DNA of 64,000 nucleotides from Eledone cirrhosa (lineage: Eukaryota): the NCBI GenBank assembly GCA_964016885.1, contig OZ024741.1, forward strand, positions 322,772,001-322,836,000, read 5' to 3'. The notes beneath the pieces were generated by a model, which worked only from the letters and a program-made list of their open reading frames with translations, was not told the DNA's origin and ran no database searches. Shown one piece after another: positions 55,860 through 64,000 of this stretch (its first letter is position 1; every line of letters begins with the position of its first letter). Both the position numbers and the translations under genes were made by a program.

Positions 55860-58720
55860 CCTTCCACCTTCGTAGAGGCCTTCCGAGTGGGGTCGTTTCC
55901 GCTCGTGCGGGTACCACTCAGCAACTGCGCGGGTCCACCGATTATCGGTGAACCGGGCGACGTGTCCAGCCCATCTGAAGTGCTGCGCATATATTCCGTG
56001 ATGACGTCCCTCACGCCGGACTTCTGTCTGATGACTTCGTTCGTGATGTGCTCTCTCAACGAGATTCCAAGCATTGATCTCTCCATGGCTCTTTGAGCCG
56101 TTACCAGCTTCTGTTCTTCTCTCTTCGTTGTAGCCCAAGTTTCACTGCCATATAACATTGCAGCTAAAACTGTGCTATTGAAAAGGTTGGCGCGGGTGGT
56201 CTTGTCCAACCGCCCCTTGAGCACATTCCTTATGCCGTTGAACACCTTCCATCCAGCCCTTACTCTCCGCGAGATCTCCCTCTCAATGTCTCGGCGCATG
56301 TTCACTTCTTGTCCCAGGTAGACGTATTCCTCCACCTCCTATATTTCATCATCGCTAACCACCATTCGACCTGTTGGTACGTTGTCGGACCGCATGAACT
56401 TCGTTTTCATGCGGTTCATCTTGAGGCCTACTGCAGAGCTTTTGATGTCGAGCTCCGTCAGCATGGACTGAAGTTGATCCGTGGTTTCAGCGATGAGTAC
56501 GATGTCATCAGCGAAACGGAGGTTAGGTAAGTATCTCGCCGTTGATGTTGACACCGCCTTGCCAGTCAATGCCTCTGATAATCTGCTCGAGACACGCGGT
56601 GAAAAGTTTTGGAGAGATCGTATCTCCTTGCTTCACTCCCTTCTCGACTGGCACTCGTACGGGTGATGACAGCAGAGTTATGTTGGTGGTACATCCGGAA
56701 TTCGCCTCCTTGAGCAGTTGAACGTATTGCGCCTCGTCTCCTTGCCTCTGCAGCGAGTTCAGCACTGCGTTGATTTCGACGCTGATTTCGACGTAGTCTA
56801 CGAACGCGACGCAAAGAGGCATCTTGTACTCTTTTGCTCGCTCAAGCAGTTGTGTCAGAGTAAATATGTGGTCCATCGTGCTGTAGTTCTTCCGGAAGCC
56901 GGCTTGCTCTCTCGGTTGCTGTTCGTCCAGATGACTTGATAACTTGTTCAGGATTATCTTCGTGAACAGCTTGTACACGTAAGAGAGCAGGCATATGGGT
57001 CGGTAGTTCTTCAGATCTTCTCTATCGCCCTTCTTGTATAGCAGGATGGTATTCGACTCTTTCCACTGCGATAGTATTCTTCCCTCGTGCAGATAGTGGG
57101 TGAATCGCTCGGCGAGGATTTTCTGGAGCTGCTCTTCGCCTGACTTCAACACCTCCGATGTTATGTCGTCTTTCCCTGGCGCCTTTCCGCTTTTCATCAA
57201 GCCGACGGCTCTTTCGACCTCACTGACAAGGATGGGTGGCACATTTTCTTCCTGTTGGAGTGACGGCAACGGCTACACATTCCCGGCATCCTTGAAGAGT
57301 TTGGTGTAGAAGTCTTCGCAAACCTTTTCCACCTCACTCTTTTCGCTGACCGGTACTCCAGCTGTGTTCTTCAGGGTCGTCACCGCCGATCTGTACATTG
57401 CCATGTCCCACTCGCATTTTTTTAGGCTCTTCTTTTCCTCTGCGGCCTTCAGGAGCTTCTCCATCCGGTATGCCTCGAAGTCTCTCTTCGGTTGCTGACG
57501 TATCACTCAGCTGAGAAGGGAATATTCGAGGTGATCTTCAGGTGTTCTCTTCATATTCTTCCTCTTCTCAAGCAACTTCATAGTTTCCTCCAAAACTCTT
57601 CCCTTCCGCTCCCTCGGGCACACACCCTTAGCCTTCCTCAAGCACTCCTTCAGTTTCCTTATCAGTGAGTCGTAGTCAGCATCTATGCCGTCTCCTTGAC
57701 GCCAGTTTTCCTGCATGATGGCTTCCTGCAGCTGCGCCTCGTTGAAGACCCAGACGCGTTCTCCCTTCGACGCCAAATGCAGCGCCTTCTTCTCCCTCGT
57801 CCGGTCGATGACGACCTTCGCCCTCACCAGACGATGATCACTGCCAGTGTTGAATGGCGTTATGACGGAGACGTCCTGCAGTATCCGTCGCTTGTCGACC
57901 AGGATGTAGTCGATCTCGTTTCGGTGCTCAGAATTTGGCGATACCCAAGTCCATCTCTTCTCCTCTTTCTTCCTGAATAGGCTGTTTCCGATGTAGAGCC
58001 GTCTCACCTCCGCCATGGTGACCAGACGCTCTCCTCTCTCATTTCGCTCTCCTAGGCCGAATCTTCCGACATACTCTTTCCCTTACCGTCCCTGTCCGAC
58101 CTTTGCATTGAAGTCTCTCATCACGACGGTGTAAGTGGACATCACAGCTAGCACTTTGTCTAGCTGGCGATAGAATACTTCCACCTCACCGTCGTCGCTG
58201 GCACATGTGGGAACGTAGGTCTGGACGATCTTAAGGGTGGCCTTCCCTGAGAGGTTCACGTTCAGTACACCAATCCGTGACGATATGAACTGACAAGAAG
58301 CGACCTTCGAAGCCCATTCTTTGCTTACGATGAACCCTATACCTCCGACCGATCTGGCACCCTCTGCTTTCCCGAGTCTCACGGCGCATCCATCTTGCCA
58401 TCGCGAACACGTCTCCTTCTTCTGGCGGGTCTCGCACAGCCCTAACACGTCGCACCTGATCTTCTTCTTCTCCTCCATTAGGTGGTTCAGTCCCCCCCCC
58501 CCCGCCAAAGCCCTGCAGTTGTAGGCGCATATGGCAAGGTTAGTCCTGTTCCATGGTGGCCTTCGGGAACCTGTGATTCTTAGCAGCCTCTCGTCGCTAG
58601 GGTTGCCGTTGTGGAGTGGCCCGATTGACGCGCAGGGTACTGAGGCCCTTTTCTTTGTGCTGTTTTAGCCATAAGATGACGCCATCCCACTGGCTGGGCG
58701 GACAGGCCGGTACCTCTTCA
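55860..58720 (-). mobile_element. RTE-clade LINE, near full length, with several stops and frameshifts
   Basis: AYNCR, GLCETR, DFNAKVG, IDYILV, SDH endonuclease motifs; KAPGKD, NYRPICLL, QAGFR, GVKQGDTISP, FADD, YLG, RWAGH. Confidence 0.92.
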
Positions 58721-58899
58721 GTTTAGTTAGCTTTTGCACTCTAGAAGATGATGAATCATCGAAGCTGGAGTTACGATTTTAGGAATATGATTGGGACTAC
58801 ATGGATGAGGAAAGCACGATCTAGAGAGGAATGGACGGCGTGCTGTGACCAGCGGTGCCGAATGGACGCCCGACAGACTGGTCGGTCAAGGTGATCAAG

Positions 58900-58970
<71 letters not shown>

Positions 58971-59149
58971 GAGTTTATGCGCTTATTTGTCAGTGTCGTT
59001 GGTGTACATTATTTATTTTGTGTGTCTGTGTGATTTGTGTGTCGTTGATGGAAGTGTGCATGAGAATAAGGTTATGTGGGTGTCTATCTCGGTGTGTGGT
59101 AAAATCCAGGTCTTAGAGTGGCAGCGTGCGGGGAAATGATGGTGTGAGG

Positions 59150-59605
59150 CGGTCAAAGCTGGGCTGTTTCAGAAAAGGTGAATTCAAGATAGGAGTGAGG
59201 GTCGGTGGGTTTGAAGAAGGTGGAAGTGATGAGGGAAATATGGAAATGGTCGATGGAAGCACAGATGTCCAGGAAGTGAACGGAGATGGAGGAGATGGTG
59301 GTGGCGAAGTCGAGGGCGGGATGGAAGGAGCAAATGAAAGAGAAAAAGGAGTCGAGCTGCTCTCGGGTGAGTGAGGTGGAGATGATACAGTCATCGGTAT
59401 AATGGCCGTATAGCTCGGGGATTAGATCAGTGTGTTGGGAAAATATTTGTCCTTCAACGTAGCCAACGAATAGGTTGGTGTAGTTCGGGCCCATTTTTGT
59501 GCCTCTGGCCACTTCGCTTATCTATTGTAAAACTCACTCGAGAAGGAAAAGAAGTTGAAGGTGATGACCAGTTCGGCAAAGCGGATGAGGGTGGAGGTTG
59601 AAGGT
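59150..59605 (-). pseudogene. Penelope-like element reverse transcriptase fragment
   Basis: ARGTKMGPNYTNLFVG, YTDD, FLDI and KPTDPHSYL match Penelope RT motifs 4-7. Confidence 0.8.
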
Positions 59606-59624
59606 TGAGGAGAGGGGCAAAGGT

Positions 59625-60482
59625 AAAGGAAGTTGTTGCTGTGATCTGGTTTAAAAGATCAGCAAAGTATTCTCTCCACCTCACGAGGATACGCCTCTTT
59701 AACGAGAAGATAACCTCAGACGCGTCCCTGATAGCAGGCGTAGAGAAAAACTTCTTATTACGAAGTCGATGGAATATCTGCCAGAATACTTTAATTAATC
59801 ATCTGAAGTCGGATTCCAGCTTAACCCCAAAGTCCTCACACGTCTTAACTTTGGACACCATTACTGCCCCTGCTGCGACTTTTCGCGATTGATTGTACCA
59901 CATGTGCAAGAAGGAGGATTTATTTCAAAGCCAAGTTTGGATGGCATATTGACCTCTTGATTGAAACAAAGGGTCTCTTGCCACCCGGTGCCACATAGCC
60001 GCTTTCCCATCTTCATTACAGAGGGTCAGGAACCATGGAGAATTGTACCAGTGCTTATCTATATGTTGATGTATGTCTGTGTTCCTAAAAAAAACGTAAT
60101 ATTGCTGAGTTCCAGATCCTCGTTCGACCATTACCCGGAAACTTGCTACCGATCCACAGCTCATCCATCTTCATCACAAAGAAAAAGAAACCGTTGACTA
60201 CTTTAAAAGTTGTCACCAAGGTGATCAAGGCGTTCCATCTTGTTTTGAAATCAGTGATCATTTTCATATACAGACTGACAACCAAAATTAACGTGCTGTC
60301 ATTCCATATTAGATAGCTGTAGACTGCTAAGTTCTTTTACCCTTTGAGGGGTTTTGTTTTTCATTCTGTCACCCTTTCACCAATCAAGCTTACTGGGGTT
60401 GCCGGTTTAGTAGCCGACACCCTGACTATATAACAGGTTCTATAGGCTTACGTGTTGCCAGTAACGCCTGAGAGCGAAATGA

Positions 60483-60487
<5 letters not shown>
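59625..60487 (-). mobile_element. Decayed RTE 5' region and internal fragment
   Basis: RWREYFADLLN motif; 60370-60487 is homologous to 47550-47680. Confidence 0.55.
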
Positions 60488-60531
<44 letters not shown>

Positions 60532-61007
60532 ACAACATCGCTAAATGGCTCCAACACTACACTAATGCACAGGCACTCTTCTCTAGCATATGTTGTCGTG
60601 TACTGGCTTGGTATCGTATTGGCATAGTGGAGTGGCATCATAGTGGTGTATTGATGATGTAATGTAATGGTGCATTATGTAGAGGTTTATATATGTAAGA
60701 GGGTACTACCAGACTGGGATGACGATGATGTATATCAACGATGTGGAACGGTAGACAACTTAACGAGTTGTCTCATTTCAGCTGCTGTCATTAGTCTGGA
60801 CAGAGTAAACAAAGATACCTGCACAGAGATAAATAGGAATATATATATGTATTATAAAGAGTCGGTACCCCGACGGCTGAGCTCTTGCCGTTTCAACAGC
60901 TAGTGATTCTTTATAATATAACCATACTCTACTACCCCGAGTATCGAGTACTCTGGTGAGTAATGGTCAAACCAGTTTCAAACTGAATCCATCCTGATTT
61001 ATATATA

Positions 61008-61813
61008 CCGTATATGCCGGCGTAGAAGTCGATTCGGCGCATAGATCGACCCCTAATTCTGAGGTGTAATTCAGATTTAGGCCTATTCAGGTTTAGGCTG
61101 GAGAAGACGACCCCCCAAAAAATAAGGCAGTACCATCTCCCGAGCCCTAGATGCGCGCTTGGTATTGTTTATTTGCACAAAATATAAAACATGGAAATAA
61201 ACACTTAATAGTTGTAAAATAAAAATGTATGTGAAGAAAATACAATTCGTAAAATTTATTTTCAAGATAACAAAATGATGTAACTGAACTGTTTTATTAG
61301 TAAACAACATGCTTCCACATCGGTAATTCATACGCGGTAATTTTAAAAACCTACAAATTCCTTATCCTCATCTGACATAAACATTAATATTTCGTCAGTC
61401 AGTGTATCATCATATGGATCATCTTCCAAACTGGAAATTTAGTGGCGAGCTAAAGGCTGAGACACTTCTTCCAAAACACTTCAGTTGCAAGTGATTTCTC
61501 ACTCACCGAATAAACCAACCTAATCTAACCTTAACGAACCTATGGTAACCTACCCTATGAGCTACGGTAAGTCATTGATATTATAATAATCTCTACGTTA
61601 AATAGACTTAACAAATATGAGATTCAGTAAGAAATAATTGTGGTGGGTAGCTAGAGTTATGGTAAGTGGTTTAAACGAGTGTTAGGCAGGCAGTTTCACT
61701 GTTTACCCCTCAGTGGTAAAGGATCACGTTTTATGTTCGGCGAACAAGTCGACCCCTGATTTTGGAGAGATATTTGAGAGATCCAAATGTCTACTTGTAC
61801 GTCGGCATACACA

Positions 61814-61814
<1 letters not shown>
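61008..61814. mobile_element. Non-autonomous pogo/Tigger-like DNA transposon
   Basis: TIRs ccgtatatgccggcgtagaagtcga / tctacttgtacgtcggcatacacag, TA flanks, subterminal tcgacccct repeats. Confidence 0.75.
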
Positions 61815-61865
<51 letters not shown>

Positions 61866-61997
61866 GTGAGGTTTTTTTTACAAAATGAAAAATAACCGAG
61901 GTGTCCTACACGAGTGAAAGTATAAAGAAAAAGAGATGAAATCGAAAATGCAACTGGAGTCTTATTTTTTTTTTTAAATATATATATTTATTTGGTT

Positions 61998-62035
61998 CCT
62001 TTACCCGTTTCGCAGTTCTTCTGCTTTTCAAAAGG
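61998..62035 (-). ncRNA. Minimal hammerhead, U3-A8 core variant
   Basis: CCUU-UUGAAAA-GCAG-AAGAA-CUGC-GAAA-CGGG-UA-AAGG. Confidence 0.7.
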
Positions 62036-62851
62036 TGTGTTGAGATGGAGGGTCTGTGGTTTTTCTCACATCTGGTTGAAAAGCCTTCGTGAGCCACCTT
62101 TTTTTAAAGTAAAGAAATTCAAACACACACACACACACGCACACACACACACAAGCACACAAATAAACACAGATATCTTTACTTTCTTTATTCAATAGAA
62201 AATCTGAATTCTGACACCCCAGCGAACTAACCATATTCACTGAACCAGAACAATTCTCCCATCCCTTTCTCTTGACCATTATCTTTCACTTATCGGTAGA
62301 GGGTTGGACGCCATGCTTTCCAGCATAGTTACGTCCCTTTACGATCTGAGTTCAAATCCCGCCGAGGTTGACTTTGCCTTTCATCCTTAGGGGGTCGATA
62401 AAATAAAGTACCAGTAATGTACTGGATAATTGCTGGCCTTGTGCCTAAAGTAGAAACAATTATCTTTCACTTATCAAAAAATTCTCTAAAAAGGCTACAG
62501 AATGGTTTCCAAATAAGGGCACAAAAAATTAATGAAAATTTGTTCACGTGACAGCCATAATTTCATTTATAACCAACCAAAAAAAAGCCTTCGTGAGCCT
62601 CCTTTTTTCAAGTAAAAAGAAATTCAAACACTCATATATGAAAAAACAACCTGCGACAAGCCCCCCCCCCCCTCTTTTTTGAAGCACTATTGTAACGCGA
62701 ACTGGCGCGAAATTTATTATAATTATTGACAAACCAATCAAATTACTTCTCGAAAAACCTGGCATTTCGAGCCACTTTTTCCATATAAAACAAGTAACAT
62801 TCAGAGACCAACCAGATGTGAGAAAAACCACAGACCCTCCATCTCAACTCA

Positions 62852-62889
62852 CCTTTTGAAAAGCAGAAGAACTGCGAAACCGGTAAAGG
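62852..62889 (+). ncRNA. Minimal hammerhead, U3-A8 core variant
   Basis: CCUU-UUGAAAA-GCAG-AAGAA-CUGC-GAAA-CCGG-UA-AAGG, followed closely by AATAAA. Confidence 0.75.
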
Positions 62890-62961
62890 AACCAAATAAA
62901 TATATATATTTAAAAAAAAAAAAATAAGACTCCAGTTGCATTTTCGATTTAATCTCTTTTT

Positions 62962-63022
<61 letters not shown>

Positions 63023-63132
63023 TTAAAAAAATGAAAACGAAATTTCATTTCTCACTCTTAGTATGGCACTTACTTAAATGTAAGTATGTATGTATACGTA
63101 CATACATATATGTATACAGACGTACAGTAGCA

Positions 63133-63168
<36 letters not shown>

Positions 63169-63324
63169 TACAGGTACACATACATATATGCACGCATCAG
63201 TTTAGCCGACGTTTATTATAACGTCTGCTTTGTTCGTTTGTTTGTCAACAAATCGAACAGCCTGAATTTATGCCATACGGTGTTAAGGCAACCACGTCAC
63301 CTTTTTGTTCAACACTGACACAGG

Positions 63325-63369
63325 AACGATGTACAAGTTTCAAGCTTATTAGCTATCATCAGCACCGTT
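63325..63369 (-). ncRNA. Minimal type I hammerhead ribozyme
   Basis: AACGGUG/CAUCGUU helix I, CUGAUGA, U.U then AGCU/AGCU, GAAA-CUUG-UA. Confidence 0.85.
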
Positions 63370-63698
63370 TACCCATCTGCCAGATAGTTGAACGTTCGAA
63401 AGTATATACTTTCCTTATGAAAATTAACGGCTGAGCAGCCTAATTTGCATATTGAGTGAGTTAAATCGGTCAGGCATACCGAAAACGATAAGTTGAAAAA
63501 AATACATACATACTTACATTTAAGTAAGTGCCATACTAAGAGTGAGAAATGAAATTTCGTTTTCATTTTTTTCAACTTATCGTTTTCGGTATGCCTGACC
63601 GATTTAACTCACTCAATATGCAAATTAGGCTGCTCAGCCGTTAATTTTCATAAGGAAAGTACATACTTTCGAACGTTCAACTATCTGGCAGATGGGTA

Positions 63699-63743
63699 AA
63701 CAGTGCTGATGATAGCTAACAAGCTTGAAACTAGTACATCGTT
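63699..63743 (+). ncRNA. Minimal type I hammerhead ribozyme
   Basis: AACAGUG/CAUCGUU helix I (one mismatch), CUGAUGA at 63706-63712, AGCU/AGCU, GAAA-CUAG-UA. Confidence 0.85.
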
Positions 63744-63903
63744 CCTGTGTCAGTGTTGAACAAAAAGGTGACGTGGTTGCCTTAACACCGTATAGCATAA
63801 ATTCAGGCTGTTCGATTTGTTGACAAACAAACGAACAAAGCAGACGTTATAATAAACGTCGGCTAAACTGATGCGTGCATATATGTATGTGTACCTGTAT
63901 GCA

Positions 63904-63979
<76 letters not shown>

Positions 63980-64000
63980 TGCTACTGTACGTCTGTATAC

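Larger units (their letters stand above)
61921..62968. mobile_element. Element with ~155-bp inverted ends, each carrying a variant HHR; SINE inside at 62295-62462
   Basis: 61921-62078 is inverted at 62809-62968; 62079-62125 is repeated at 62584-62630. Confidence 0.8.
63021..64000. mobile_element. Large fold-back of a 470-bp non-coding HHR unit with a tail-to-head junction (retrozyme or Penelope pseudo-LTR-like); runs off the window
   Basis: 63110-63502 is inverted at 63564-64000; 63503-63577 is the inverse of the unit start 63021-63094. Confidence 0.88.

Noticed and set aside
58640-58725. Ribozyme (HHR or HDV-like) at the RTE 5' end
   Set aside because: CUGAAGA-GGUAC...GUACC is not followed by GAAA, and I could not complete the HDV P1/P2 pairings

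Overview
Repeat-saturated eukaryotic DNA with no host protein-coding exon that I can support. The microsatellite load and SINE/LINE repertoire resemble a cephalopod (Octopus-like) genome; this is inference. Large elements: two full-length (~5.7 kb) Tx1-type non-LTR retrotransposons arranged head-to-tail inside a (GATA)n tract (19290-30719, minus strand), a degraded R4/Dong element in a (CATA)n tract (~47950-51432), a near full-length degraded RTE (~55860-58720), and fragments of R4/Dong, RTE, CRE and Penelope elements, plus SINEs, MITEs, a Helitron remnant and minisatellites. The main signal invisible in the ORF track is a dense set of type I hammerhead ribozyme (HHR) motifs, folded by eye: about a dozen complete or near-complete copies plus several decayed copies and half-sites, from at least 8 unrelated sequence families. 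Most are the minimal form with a family-specific palindromic helix-III loop, and most lie in short fold-back elements next to (TA)n tracts. They include a U3-A8 compensatory core variant, a recurrent U.U at the base of helix II, and a 470-bp unit with a tail-to-head junction resembling a retrozyme or Penelope pseudo-LTR. No folding or database search was run; boundaries of decayed repeats are approximate.
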